Source: Callorhinchus milii
Lineage: Eukaryota
DNA length: 64,000 bases
Reading direction: 5' to 3'
Assembly: GCF_018977255.1 (NCBI RefSeq)
Contig: NW_024704743.1
Span: 26,476,001 to 26,540,000 of the forward strand
Position 1 is the stretch's first letter; every line of letters starts with the position of its first letter. This document shows positions 11,440 to 23,764 of this stretch, in pieces. The notes beneath the pieces are model-generated. The model saw only the letters and a program-made list of their open reading frames with translations. It was not told the origin of the DNA and ran no database searches. Made by a program: the position numbers and the translations under genes.

Positions 11440-11760
11440 TAATGCCTTTCATGTAGGGAGGTCTCAAAGCGCTTCGCAGGATTTATTGTAAATTGTTAGT
11501 GACTGTGCGTTTTGTAGGCAAACACAACAGCCAATTTGCGCATAGTATTATCCCACAAACAGCTGTGAAGTAAATTTGGGGGATTGGTGGCTTGGACACT
11601 GGGAGTGATTGCCTTCTCTTTTTGACTAGTGTCATGAGATCTTTGATATCCCACTGAACAGGCAGAGGGGATCATGTTTTAAGTTTTATCCAAAGGTTGG
11701 GATATCCAACAAAACAGCACTATCCCAGACCCGCATTGTATTAGATGGTATTGAAACCCA
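11440..11760 (-). mobile_element. Deu-domain SINE, diverged
   Basis: Shared tail/body, then tagtgtcatgagatctttgat..ctgaacaggcag (rc of the Deu core). Confidence 0.65.
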
Positions 11761-12787
11761 AGCTTGGAGTCACTTAGCCATTGATTCAATTTAATAGTCG
11801 TAATCCTTGCATTTGATATAGCGTCTTATCACATCGTTGACGCGTCTCAAAGCGCTTCACAGATGTATTGTAAAGTGAATTGACTGTGGGCGAAACGCAG
11901 AAGCCAATTGCACAATGTTCGTCCTCTCTCCTGTTATTTCAGTTTCGCTGGAGACTTGCACTGCGGTTTGTCCTTGTGCTATCACTCAGTCTTCTACAAC
12001 TAAAACAAAATAATGAAGATTTATAGTTTTTTCCTTCATGGTATATAAAACCTTTGTAACTCGTATACAGAGCTGGGCATTACAGTATCTTCTGTTTGTT
12101 CAGGTTCACATGAAATTCTGGCAGTGGCACACACTTTTGTGACAGGGCTTCAAAATGTTTCTGACGCACATTAAAAGTGCAGTGCTACATTGCTGTGCAT
12201 ACCATGCAGTGCTATGCTGTACTCTGCGGTCCTTCCTCAATTCATCAGAACAGGTCTGACAGGAAAGTAAAGATTGATTCAGCACACTTCGACATGTATC
12301 ATTCTGCTTTTTTAAAAAAATCATAACGTGAAATGGAGCCAGGGTTTCCCCTGGAATCATGACCTTCTGAGCTGAAAGTGGCGACAGTGCCTTTGTGTAG
12401 AAGAGTGATGAGGGATGAGCTCTGACTCCCTGCTGGGCTGGGCTACATTGAATTGTGTGTATGTTTAAACTTTGAGAATAGGAGGAGGAAGTTGCATCAG
12501 TATGCATAATAAAGCAGCAGGGGAGAAGCCTGGACTCTGGGGGTTGACTCAACTGTTCAAGCCTGCAGTGTGTCTCCAATACTGAGCTCTGCAGAATAAC
12601 TTTTTACATATATTATACCCAGTGCCTAGAGTGTAGATTCTTATGGGTTAAATGTGAACGAAGTCCCACTGCAAAATGTGAGAGATCTTTTGCCACTGCA
12701 AATGAAAAGGACTCAAGAACAGAGCATGAAGTGCCAGAGAGTGGATTTTATGGTATTGTGTGGCTTTAGGTGCTGAATCTGTTTAAC

Positions 12788-12844
12788 ATGACTCACAGAC
12801 CTGCTGCCCCAAAGACGAGAGCTGATAGCCGTTTGAGCATAAAG
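12788..12844 (+). CDS. Candidate first coding exon of the PLEKHG4B-like gene (MTHRPAAPKTRADSRLSIK)
   Basis: ATG at 12788 in AACATGA context, 19 open codons, then a good donor AAG|GTATGT in phase 0, compatible with the phase-0 exon at 59091. There is an in-frame TAG and possible acceptor ctttag| at 12767-12769, and the sequence is unique. The short length means a chance match is possible. Confidence 0.5.
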
Positions 12845-13014
12845 GTATGTGAAATTGAAGCCAAAAAGCTGCACTTACTACTTAAAACAAGACTGGGCAA
12901 GCTTGACAGTTTCTAACGCTCTTCCAGCAACAAACACTAAAGTGAGTTAAGTTGCTTTTTCATGTGTTTTATTTTGGCTTCTGTGTTTATTGATATTCAA
13001 ACTCAGAAACACTT

Positions 13015-13195
13015 TTCATCTATCTCTCCGTCTTGCTCCTTCCTTCCCCTTATTCAGGTCGCGCCTGAAGACCTTCCTCTTCGATCGTGCTTACGATCAC
13101 TTCCCCTTCCCCCCGGCTCAGCGGTGTGTTCCGCCACTGTCAAGCGCTCTGGGACTCTACCTTACGTGAGGGGCGCTTTATAACTTGTTGTTGTC
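13015..13195 (+). mobile_element. L2 3' end (second subfamily, like 32657-33314)
   Basis: Encodes SLRLAPSFPLFRSRLKTFLF, followed by aagcgctctgggactctaccttacgtgaggggcgctttataacttgttgttg. Confidence 0.85.
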
Positions 13196-13522
13196 ATCGT
13201 GTTTAATGATGTGACACTGAGAGGTATCCTTTGCACCATGGCTGACCTGGAACATCAGATCAGGCTTTTTTGGCAAAGAACAAAAAGAGATACTCTACAT
13301 TGTTTGAGATAAAGGTGCTGTTTCCACATTTCTTCAATGGATATTTAAGCATCAGCTCATCACAGTCCTATAATGCCTTCTAGCTTCAGTGCTGGCAATG
13401 TTTGTTGTATCGTAGCTCTCCAGATCTTACTGCAGTGCAGGTCTGCAAGGAACATGCCTAAATGAGAAATGGTACTCTTTAATCTTAGTTTTGAGGCAGT
13501 CTAACTACTTAAAAAGTTTTAG

Positions 13523-13720
13523 TTAACAACTTGTATTTATATGGTGCCCTCCACGTGAGTAGCATCTCAGACCACTTAACAGCAATGTGGTTTGACACCG
13601 AACTGGAAAGAGAACGGAGGTGACTGAAGACATGGTCGAGGAGGAAAGTCTTCAGGTGTGATTTGAAGGTGGGCAAGACAGAGGGACTGAGACAGGGAGT
13701 TGAGAACAGATTCTGATGGC
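13523..13720 (-). mobile_element. Old L2 3' end
   Basis: aacaacttgtatttatatggtgccctccacg tail, and gaggaaagtcttcaggtgtgatttgaag (rc encodes FKSHLKTFL). Confidence 0.7.
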
Positions 13721-14324
13721 TAACTGAAAACTAAGCGGTGTGATTAAAATCTGAGTCTTGCAGCAGATGGACAGCTTTGATGTTTGTGCTTAACAAGGGA
13801 AAGATTTCTCCCCGGAGAATTCCCATGTTCGGACTGCTGGGCTGCTCTGCTGGAATTTCTGAAGCAGCTCAGCACGCACGGTTCCTTTACTTCACCCAAT
13901 CTGTAAACTGAGGTGCAACAAAACAGCCTGGAATAAAAAGCAAAATAGCAACAAAAATATCTTCGGCCAACAGTTGCCAAAAGTGGGAGGGGAGATAAGA
14001 AATTCAAAAATGGTGGGACTGTTGCTGCTTATTGACATGCAGGAATGTCTCGATGATAGATATGTAAATCGCTTATTGCAACTTGAAAGTTGCATGGTGG
14101 GTGTCGAGATTCAATGACTTGAATGGGACCAAAATGCTTCTTGTGAAGGCACTGACGGGCTCTGATCCTTCAACATCACTTACTCTCTCCAGACGTGGAT
14201 CTCCCACTGTTAGAGATTGAACACTGATGCATGATGTTTTGCTGGTGTGCTTACAACTTGTTTGTTTTTATAATACATTGATTTTCCTGCATCGTACATT
14301 TCCTTCCTTGCAAACGTAGGAAAG

Positions 14325-14560
14325 TACAGGACCAGGAAAGATCATTTTATTATATTGGATCGGTCCCATCTACTAAATACCACTGCTCACAATCTCACAT
14401 GGCTTCCACCCTAAATCCCTCTCAGACGTCTTATTGCCCACTTCAAATTCCTTCTCCACCACCTGCCTTCGTAGCCTCCCAGGGACAACCTGTTCCATGT
14501 ATTCGCCACACTCTGGGTGAGGCAGTTAAGTGGAAATCATCCATCTACCTTCCTTTCCTG
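14325..14560 (-). mobile_element. Old CR1 LINE 3' fragment
   Basis: The rc of acaacctgttccatgtattcgccacactctgggtgag encodes LTQSVANTWNRL, a CR1 C-terminal motif. Confidence 0.6.
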
Positions 14561-14689
14561 AAAGAGTTGGCTCATTCTGCAAGCTGCATCTCTGTGTCTC
14601 CGAAAGTACAGCAAACTGACCCCCAGGGACTCTGCTCCATCACAATCTGCTTCCGGAGCTCTGTCCCACCAATTACTGTGGCCAGTTTT

Positions 14690-14944
14690 ATTTGACGGTT
14701 TGTCACTAGGAGAAACTCCCTGCTTTCTTTGCAAATAATGCCATGGGATCTTTAACGTCTAAATGAATAGGCGGCAGTTTAATGCCTCATCCAAAGTACG
14801 GCATCTCCAACAATGCAGCACTTCTCCAGCACTGCATTGGAGTGTCAACCTAGAATATGTGAGTTTGAAATCTCAATGTGGGGCTTCAACCCACAACCTT
14901 CTGCCTCAAAGTCAGGAATGTCACCAACTGAGCCAAGCAGACAC
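14690..14944 (-). mobile_element. Deu-domain SINE (head and Deu core)
   Basis: ggagaaactccctgct..aatgccatgggatctttaacgtc..ggcatctccaacaatgcagca..ggggcttcaacccacaaccttctg. Confidence 0.8.
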
Positions 14945-15217
14945 ACACAAGTGTATTATGTGTGAGCTAGGATAGTAAGCTATGGCAGATGGGCACAGAT
15001 GGGCACAACAGCTGCAAGAAATACTGAACTCACCACTGGATAGAGTGGTAAACCACAATGGCCACACAGATACTACATGAGATGTTAGTTCAGTGTTCAC
15101 GGTTTTTCTTCCTTCATCCCCCACCCAGTTATTTAACATATAATGACATTGAGCTGTTGTGCTGTCTGCAGACACACAGCCTTTATAGCCAATGCTTCTT
15201 CCTTTTTAAATCCGGGA

Positions 15218-15669
15218 TCTAAATCCTTGTGTTTGGCTCAGCTCCTTTCAGGTCGGGAGGACTTCCCAAAGTGCTTCACGGATTTACTGTGAAGTTTAGT
15301 GACTGTGTATTTCTAGGCGAATGTAGCAGCCAGATTGCACACAGCAATGTCCCACAAATGGGGAAACAAGTAAACAAACAAAGTAACTGATTTTTTGGGG
15401 GGTTTGGATGGGGAGATTATCGGCCAGGACTCCAGAAGAAATTTCTTTCTCTTTTTGAGTAGTGCTACTTTAAAATCCACCTGAACGTGTAGATGGGACC
15501 TCGGTTTCACGTCTCATCAAAAGGATACCATCTCTGACAAGGCTACACCACCCCAGCACCGCATTGGAGTGTCAGTTTAGACTACATGAGTTTAAGTCCT
15601 GCGGTGAGGTGTGAACCCACATCCTACTGACTCAGTGGCGAGAATGCTACGAACTGAGCCAGGCTCACA
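15218..15669 (-). mobile_element. Deu-domain SINE, near full length
   Basis: Tail, shared 3' body, gggacctcggtttcacgtctcatc (Deu core rc) and a tRNA-like head ending gaactgagccaggct. Confidence 0.8.
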
Positions 15670-15816
15670 TATCTGATGGTTCCATGTCTATGGCAGGGAT
15701 GGCCAACTTGCATATGTGTAATGCATCCTATGGGCCACAAATTGGCGATCTCTGGTCTATAGGATGATATTTAAGAATAATATTCGTTGCATTTGATAAA
15801 TTGCCTTATTAACCTA

Positions 15817-16947
15817 CTCTCCTGAAGTTAATGCCTCAGGTTTGGGTCTTGTCCCCCAGGCACCAGCAACCATAAATTATCTCACAAAAATGACAATTCC
15901 TCAAGCCACTATCCAATCAAACTATTTAACCATGGAGGGCCTCACAAACAAGTCCAATACTAATCTAAGATGACATCTGCACATGTGTACTGTCCAGATT
16001 TGAGGTGAAAGGGACCAAATATATGGCTGTTTTTGCATAGCACAGAGCACATTGGAAAAACGATACGCCAATTGACTTTGATTGGCGAGCAAAATGAGTA
16101 CACCTTCTCCTATTCCTCCCACTTTCTGAGATCTTCTGAAGCATGAAGGTGAAGGACAGGCAGTGGATGAGTGAAAAAATAGCACCGGCATATTGACCTT
16201 CAACTTTTGACAACCCCGTCAATGCTGTAGGATCTATATCATAAGATTCATATTAACTACTGTCTCTTGAAGCATTGTACCTGAGTGTATTGTTAATCAG
16301 AGAACAAAAGACAGATCATTGGCTGCAAACAGTCAGATCACAAAGCAATGAGGTAGCTTTGAGCTGTGGCAGTGGACTTGAAACAAAGAAATCAGTGTGT
16401 TCATTACCGTGAAATGGGCCACACACAGAACAGACAGAAGTGGTTCATACAGTGTGTCTGCATGTGTGTCTGTGTGTGATAAACCCATCCCAATGTGTTT
16501 TTCCGCTTGTGGAAAGTTAAAATTTATCTCCCCTCTTCTCGGGACACTTGGACGGTGACCTCCAGCAATGGTTGATTGGATAAAGAACCACTTGTTGTAG
16601 CAGCTGGTGTAACATTAAACCTTACAGACAAGAAGGTCACAAGTTCAATGCTTGGTTTGTGCTGAGTCAGTAGCTTAGCTGAAGCATAGGGTTCTGAGCC
16701 TTCATGCCGCTGTGCTTTGGGAATGCAAAAACAGCCATTCCTTTGGCCCCTTTCACCCCAAATCTGGAAAGTGCACATGTTCAGATGTCAGCTTAGAGTA
16801 GTAGATTGGACTTGTTTGTGAGGCCCTATATGGTTGAATAGTTTGATTGGATAGTTGCATGAGGAATTGTCATTTTCATGAGATAATTGATGGTTGTTGA
16901 TGCCTGTGGGAACAAGACCCAAACCTGAGGCATTACCTTCAGGAGAG
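15817..16947. repeat. Long inverted repeat: arms 15817-16051 and 16710-16947, about 660-bp spacer
   Basis: ctctcctgaagttaatgcctcaggtttgggtcttg...atggctgtttttgcat aligns along its length with the reverse complement of the right arm, roughly 85% by eye. Confidence 0.92.
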
Positions 16948-17419
16948 GGGGCTAGGAAAGGGGAGAAAAATTGGCAAAAAGAGAGATAGTTGGCTGGGAC
17001 TTTCCTTCCTCAATATGTTGACTTTCTAAGTCCAAGCCAGCTGTTTAATCTGATATGGATATTTCATTCCATATTTTTGGGCAATCGCTTATTCTACTTC
17101 AAAAGAAAAATGCTTCAAGTTATGGGATTGGTGTTAGTCTCCTTCAGTGCCTGTGCTGACAGTGTGTCTGTTGTCTGATCAATCACAGAGCAAAAACCAA
17201 CAACTGGAATATCAGAATATAATTAACTCAACACTTAGTAAGTTAAATGAAGTCAGCAATCATTTCAAGTATAAATAAAGAAGTGCCCTGTTTGTTTTCA
17301 AATACCATTTTTGAGATAGATTAAAGGCTGTTTGTTACATTTGGGATATATTAACAGCCTATTTGTTTTTGAAATTACTTTTTAGAGAGATGAAAAGGGT
17401 CATTTTTTCCTTTCTCATT

Positions 17420-17985
17420 CTCTGAACTCCTCAATCTCTCCCCCCACCGCCAACCAACCCATCTTAAGGCTCAGGTGCATTCCCCTGAACGCACCTGCTT
17501 CAAATCCAATAGGCAGATCTGGTTGGACCTTTCATATCTTACCTCCCCGCCCTTGACTCCGCTAAATCGTCCTTCTACTCCAATCTTGGAAGCCAAGGAC
17601 AACCCCAGGTTCCTCTTCTCTATCACCAACCAGCTCCTCTGCCAATCCTCTCATGCCTCGTCCATCCTCTACTCCAATGCCAACTGCGAGGAGATGCTGG
17701 ACTTCCTCAAAACCAAAATCGAATGGATCCGCTCAGCTGCCTCTGCCCTTCCAACCACTACACCCTCCCCATCTTCCCCTCACATCCTGACCCCTACCCA
17801 TCCCTCCCTCCACACCTTTGAACCTGTTTCCCCTCCCCTCTCACCACCACCATAACCCACATGAAACCAACCACCTGCTCACTCGACTCCTCTCCTTACT
17901 TCCCAGCTCCACCTCCTTGCCCCCCTACTCACAGATATCATAAACCTCTCTCTGTCCACTGGCACCGTTCTTACCCCTCTAAAAA
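17420..17985 (+). mobile_element. L2 LINE ORF2 internal fragment (between endonuclease and RT)
   Basis: Encodes ILEAKDNPRFLFSITNQLL..CEEMLDFLKTKIEWIRS..MKPTTCSLD..DIINLSLSTGTV, with frameshifts. Confidence 0.85.
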
Positions 17986-18119
17986 CTTGACAGTTGCTTA
18001 CAAAATACAGTCACTACACTTTGCAGTAAATCCTGTGAAGCCCTTTGAGCCATTTCAATGACCTGACAAGGTGCTATATCAAATGCTATATCAAATTATT
18101 ATTATATTATTACTATTAC

Positions 18120-18435
18120 TGGAGTCCTGTAGCTCAGTGGTTAGTGCACTTGCTTTGCAAGTGAGAGACCTGAGTTCAATTCCAGGCAGGGTGAAACCTT
18201 GGGCAAGTTTCCTTACTCCACACAGAGCCTAATAATAATCCCTCCAAAACCAAAAACAATAATAAATTGATCATTTTCAATCTACGACTGTTTGTGGGAC
18301 ATTGCTGTGTGCAATTGGCTGCCGCGTTCGCCCACAAATATAGTCAATTCACTTTACAGTGTGTTCTGTGAAGCGCTGTGGGACGTCCTCCCGACGTGAA
18401 AAGCGCTATATCAAATGCAAGGATTATTATTATTA
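18120..18435 (+). mobile_element. Young full-length tRNA-derived SINE, subtype B
   Basis: tggagtcctgtagctcagtggttag..gagttcaattcc..gggacgtcctcccgacgtgaaaagcgctatatcaaatgcaaggattattattatt. It sits in the (ATT)n tail of an older SINE fragment (17985-18119). Confidence 0.92.
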
Positions 18436-19574
18436 CTATATTATAGAATTGTAAATCAAGCCTAGATTATTTATAAATGATGCAAAGCCATTTGTATTGC
18501 AATATACAACTGATCAAGTCAGGATGTGCTGCGGTTTTGGTTCTGAGTGTCCCACAATGACAATCTGGCACCCTAGTGTGCATGACCTGTTTGAAGCTAT
18601 CCAATTTGTACAGCTGTCCATTGCCTTGTGTGTGTTAATCCATGGTCTTTGACTAGAATTTGCAAGGTGACTGACAATTTCATTACCAGACCTGTGATGC
18701 TAAACCCTGATTGATTTGTACAGTGGCATGTTTCTCCTGTGACAGCTGTGGCGGTTACGATGCTTGTTACAGTCATTCTAAACACTACTGCATGACCTTG
18801 TGCAATGACATAATACAATCTGTGCGTGTTTGTTTGAAAGAGGGAGATACACGCTCTTCCTATGCTCCCACATCCTTTATTAGCATTAAGAAGCATCCTG
18901 CCAGACTCTCTCTCTGTCCCTCCTTCTATGCACACATCTTTAAGGACATCAAGGCAGAAATTTCCATCGGCGTTACCGTGTAGTAACATGGACAATACTT
19001 TTTCTGATGAGATTTCCCGATTTATAAAACACGTAGCAAAATCGAAACACAACAGGAATTTGAGTCCTGTGGTTCAGAATATGGCATATTGCCTGTAATT
19101 CTTCTTCAGATCCAGTGCTCTTGTAGCTGACGCCACTGAAAGCTACACTGATTTATCCATCCTGCTGCTCTGCCTCTGATCCTAGCACTGCCATCAGCAC
19201 AAAGCAGGGAATCTAAATGTGAAGTTAGGGGATCTTTGCGTTCATTTTATTATTATTTTTAAAAAGCTATAACAGACTTTGGGGAGGGTCTTTGACTTGC
19301 TCCTAACACTGGTGTCCATTACTTATTGATTGTTAACAGAATCAGGCTTTCTGCCATATGTGACGAGCAGATAAATCCCATGGTATACATGGAATAGGAA
19401 GGTTGCCAACCTTAGCAATTGGCATGTGAAAGCTTCCACTGTTTGCTGCACCTGGAAAAATGTTCCATTCACTAGAGGCAATAAGAGCAAACAAACAACT
19501 TCACCAAAGAATTAAATTGCGTTGGAATAGGGAGAGGTGGGGAAGGAGGCAACAACTTGCATTGAGATGAGGAA

Positions 19575-19805
19575 GATCCAGGATTGAAATCAAGAGTTTC
19601 TCCTGGTGTCCTGGCCAAACATGCCCCAGTTAAGATCATTGACTTCATAGCTATTCGTGGGACATTGCTCTATGCAAATAGGCTGTCGTTTTGCCTAGAT
19701 TTACACAGTCACTACACATCATAGTAAATCCTGTGAAGAGCTTTAAGAAGCCTCATCAGCTCGATAAGGCGCTATATCAAATGCATGGATTATTATTGTT
19801 GTTAT
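19575..19805 (+). mobile_element. Deu-SINE 3' half
   Basis: gagtttctcctggtgtcctggccaa..gtgggacattgct..aaggcgctatatcaaatgcatggattattatt. Confidence 0.7.
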
Positions 19806-20984
19806 TGTGTTCTTGTTTATTGCCAATGAGCGTCCATACTTCAGATTGATTGCAATTGAAGGACAGAGTGAGAGACAGATCTGAGACAAAGTAGAATCCA
19901 GGTGCATTGGCTGAGTTCAGGTGTTTCTGTTCCGAAAGGAGGTGAATTTCAGCAAAATTAGCATGCAAATCTCTCTTCCTTTTGGAATGCTAAACAAAGA
20001 GACACATTGCACCTCCTGTACCTGAAATGACTGCCAGAACTAATTGCCCCTCCTGGGGCTGATTAGATCTGCTTCATTTACACCACAACTTCCCAGCAGG
20101 AGAATTATGATTGCTGATCATCGGCTTCAAGATACAATGAGCAGTGTAGGAGCTTGTTAGCATTTGAGAAATGCAAACGGTTTACCTCCCACATTTATTC
20201 TGGTTAGGCTGCATGTTGGACATCAGAGCAAGGCAGAAATCAAATGAAATCCACAATGAAGTCAGGACTGAACACATCAGTTCCTTAAATTGTGTTTTGA
20301 GTTAACTGTCCTACCGTTTTCTGAATAACTGTGGCTCCCTAAGCTGCCTGAAAGTGCTCAAGCTACTGTCTTGGATTCCTGCTTGGAGAGCTGCTGATTT
20401 TGAAGCGGGAACAATTTTTTGCTTTAGTGGGCGTGAATTTGGTTAAGCTGTTAAAAGCACCATTGAAAGGCTGCAACCTGAGATCCAGAATGTTGCCCGG
20501 TTTGCTAATAATGTTCAATAATCCAGCCAGGAACATCTTCTGCTCCACGGTTGATGGCATTGTCTCCATATTGTAGGCCCAGCTGCACAAACACATGGAA
20601 TACTAGATAGACCTCACTGTGGGTCTAAAGAAAAGTTTAGTACAGTATTTTGTAAGCCAGCTCTGAACAGCAGTGAGTGGCAGGTTTGAAAATTGACAAA
20701 CGCCTCAATGGCTTCTGCTACAAGCTTTGGATGCAACCACTTTCAAGCAGCTGGGTGTGTTCACTCATTGCCAGTCATGAGACATGGCCAAGAGTAGAAG
20801 TTCCGATGAAGTGAATAATTGGGCCGGTGACAATTGTGACATTAAGTGCATCATTTTTCACCCTCTAGTGTGGTCCTAGTTGGTCAAGGAGTTGGGAGTT
20901 TGAGTTGATTTATAAGTTAAGGTTAAGGTAGGAAGGTGCTAGCGCGTGAATTGATTTGTAAGTACTTGCGAGGATCTTGAAATC

Positions 20985-21220
20985 GCATACTCTGTGGTCC
21001 CAAACCTCGACTCTTGCCAAATCACACCTAAATTGCACCTCTGGAATTAGATAATCAGGATGGGTTGCTCCGAGGGAAGAGAGTGTGCATTCCATTCCAG
21101 ACACGTGAAGATTTTCATGTATAGTTGGCATAAGTACGTGTAACACCCAGTCTGATTTGGATACTTTTAAGCAAGGTGATGGGTTTCCACATGTCAGACA
21201 CCCAGCTGATAAAAAAACAA
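20985..21220 (-). repeat. Unclassified interspersed repeat (family X)
   Basis: gagagtgtgcattccattccagacac..cagtctgatttggatactttta..atgtcagacacccagctgataaaaaaa is the rc of 25388-25615. Confidence 0.75.
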
Positions 21221-22569
21221 TCTTGTCAGCCTACTGTAGATGCCCCCTGAAAAGAAGTCTTATTATCAAGTTCTAGGAATTGTTTTGTGAATTCTGGTTC
21301 TCTTTTCAGAGTAAACTGTGTAATATGACTCTGGTGATTAGAAGTTCTTATGGCAGTGCTCTCTCCAAGTTTACCTCTCCACATTGGGCCGAGGGTTTGC
21401 AAAGACATCTCTCATTCACTGTCAGCAACTGAACAGAAACTGGAGACGAGCAGTCACGTTTTGCCCAGAGGATGTTTGGTTCTCGGGTCTGGAGATAAGA
21501 GCAAGTTGCTGTCGAGTCTCTGACGGGGTTTGGATTACGTGAGTGAATTGACAAGATTCACAGCTGAGAAGGTGCAGCACATGCGGTTGCTACAGGCTGC
21601 CAGGAGATTTGCATTTTATCCTGGAGAGAAACGTAAAGAACAGAAACTGTTTGCCTTAGATTTGCAATCTGTCAACGTGGTGCAATATTTCCAATGTGAA
21701 AGGACGTTTTATCATTTTAAAGATGCATTAATTTTCTTTTTGGTAGCCTATGGGGTCAGAATTGCAGCAGTCTTAGACACATAACATTCCTTATTTAAGG
21801 ATGAGGCTGATATATTAAAATGTGTTTAGAAATACCTTTACATTCCCCCACCCTTCCCTAAACCTCTGACGATTGGGAGAGGCCAAGGCTGACCGAAAAT
21901 ACTCAGAGTCGTCATCTTGGATTCATGATGAAGTGAGGCTGTTTTTCAGGTCTTTCTCCTGGATATATTGTTTGTTAGCATCATAAAGGTGCGGTGAAAG
22001 GGTTACGCTGGAATTTCACACATCTGCAGGATGCAACATAGAGAAAAAGTGACACCAGCAGTTGTCAACTTTGTAGTCTGCATTTGCTGGAATTAGTCTT
22101 TGTTCAGGACTGGCTAACCAGATGTACAAAACAACCCTTTTGTAATAGACCCCTGAGTCACTTTCACAATTGCTCTGGGGGTGGGGTGGATGTAACGAAG
22201 ACCTTTGTAGGAAAACATCTAACTTTGCTTTGTGCGTTTTTCTTATAAAAAACTAAAAATTGACTTGAATTTGCCCTTTGGAAAACAGTTTCTGCAGTTT
22301 TGCCAAACAAACTTACTCAAAGGGCTTGATGAAAAAAGTGTTTGACACACCTTTTTGTGTTTGCAACCGTAAAATGGAATTAAATAAACTCTTGCGCAAT
22401 GGATTGTCATATCAATTGCACTGAAGGTCATTTGACACACCCGTCCTCCTTCTCTGTCTCCGTAAATAAAACAAAGATTGCAGCAATATTATTTGGTGCC
22501 TTTAACATTCCTGGTGCTACTTTTGGAATTTTAACAAGCTTTTAGGTAAGGTCAAGTATTTGTGTAGGG

Positions 22570-22790
22570 CAGAATTGCTGATCCCAAGTGGCCTTCCTTC
22601 ATGTGTGAGCCTAGACAGCGAATGTCAGGGGGGCAAATTGTTTGTGGCAACATTACAGCCCAGCTCAATCTGTCCTCATTTGGCATCCACATAAGTGAGA
22701 TACACCCAGTGGGAATTACTGGATAGGGATCAAGAGCAGGAATGCTGACTGATTTCCGTTTCCCCCACCCCCCCAACCTTGGATACTGTA
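22570..22790 (-). mobile_element. Ancient SINE-like repeat (family C)
   Basis: ccaagtggccttccttcatgtgtgagcctagacag..acagcccagctcaatctgtcctca..ctggatagggatcaagagcaggaa. Confidence 0.6.
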
Positions 22791-23534
22791 GCAAATTACA
22801 GCTCCCGTACCGCTGTCCTGTGGTCAATGAAACCTCTCACTGGAATCTTTCTCAAAATAATAATAATAATAAATCCTTACACTTGGTACAGTGCCTTTCA
22901 TGTCAGGAGGATGTTCAACAACAACGACAACAACAACAAAATCACATTTGTATAGTGCCTTTCACGCCGGGAGGACATCTCAAGGCGCTGAAAAGTGCTT
23001 CGCAGGATACTGTAAAGTGTAATGTATAATATCTTCCAATAAAGATGTCTGTGGAACTCCTTTATGTATGCCTACACAGTCACTACACTTTACAGTAAAT
23101 CCTATGAAGTACTATGAGATGTCCTGATGTGAAAAATGGTGTTCCGAAGATTGTTGTTATTATTTATAACCAAATTTTTGATCATGGATCTGTTCTGTGG
23201 TGTTTGCAAGAGTTTTTATTCATTTTTCCCTCACTTTATTTTTCTCTCCCATTTCCTGAAGGTATTGATTAATGCTGGTGTATAGTTCACAGGTGCTTTG
23301 TTTAAGAGCAGTATAAAGTTTATTATAAGGGAATAAACTTTATGGAAAACGGTTTACTGTGGTTTGTGGGGGAGAGAGAGATAAAGCTCTGTGTCATTTG
23401 ATGTTACATGCAGATTATGTGATTATTTACGCCAGTATGTTTACAACAAAGGGAATTTCCTACTGTGCACCAATAAATAAGTAAGAATTACCTCCTGGTC
23501 AGTCTTAAAATTGCCTTTCATAACTTCTCTCTGG

Positions 23535-23755
23535 CGATCTTCCTGTCTCGCTCACTTGAGTCTGTCTGTCTGCCAGTGTCTCTCTGTTTCTCTTTCTCAG
23601 TCTCCTCTCTGTCTGTCTCACTATCTGTCTCTCAAACTCTTCTCACTTTGTGTCTTGTCACTCTGTTTGTCGCTTTTACTCTGGCCCTCTGGCAGTCTCA
23701 GATTCTGAGTCTCTAACTTTCTGTGTCTTTCTATGACTTTTTCCATCTCTATCTC
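23535..23755. repeat. Degenerate (TC)/(TCTG)n low-complexity tract
   Basis: Pyrimidine-rich ctctctgtctgtctc repeats. Confidence 0.8.
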
Positions 23756-23764
23756 GAGCCGTTA

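Noticed and set aside
18120..18195. tRNA-like sequence (also at 5840-5915, 42300-42375, 36390-36464 and others)
   Set aside because: These are SINE heads continuous with SINE body and tail, with no proper acceptor stem. They are not tRNA genes.
18865..18895. Minus-strand TTAATGCTAAT resembling the 5' end of miR-155
   Set aside because: The match stops after 11 nt and there is no complementary arm to form a precursor hairpin.
18988..19038. MDNTFSDEISRFIKH followed by GTAGCA as an alternative first exon
   Set aside because: The donor is weak and there is no recognisable homology.
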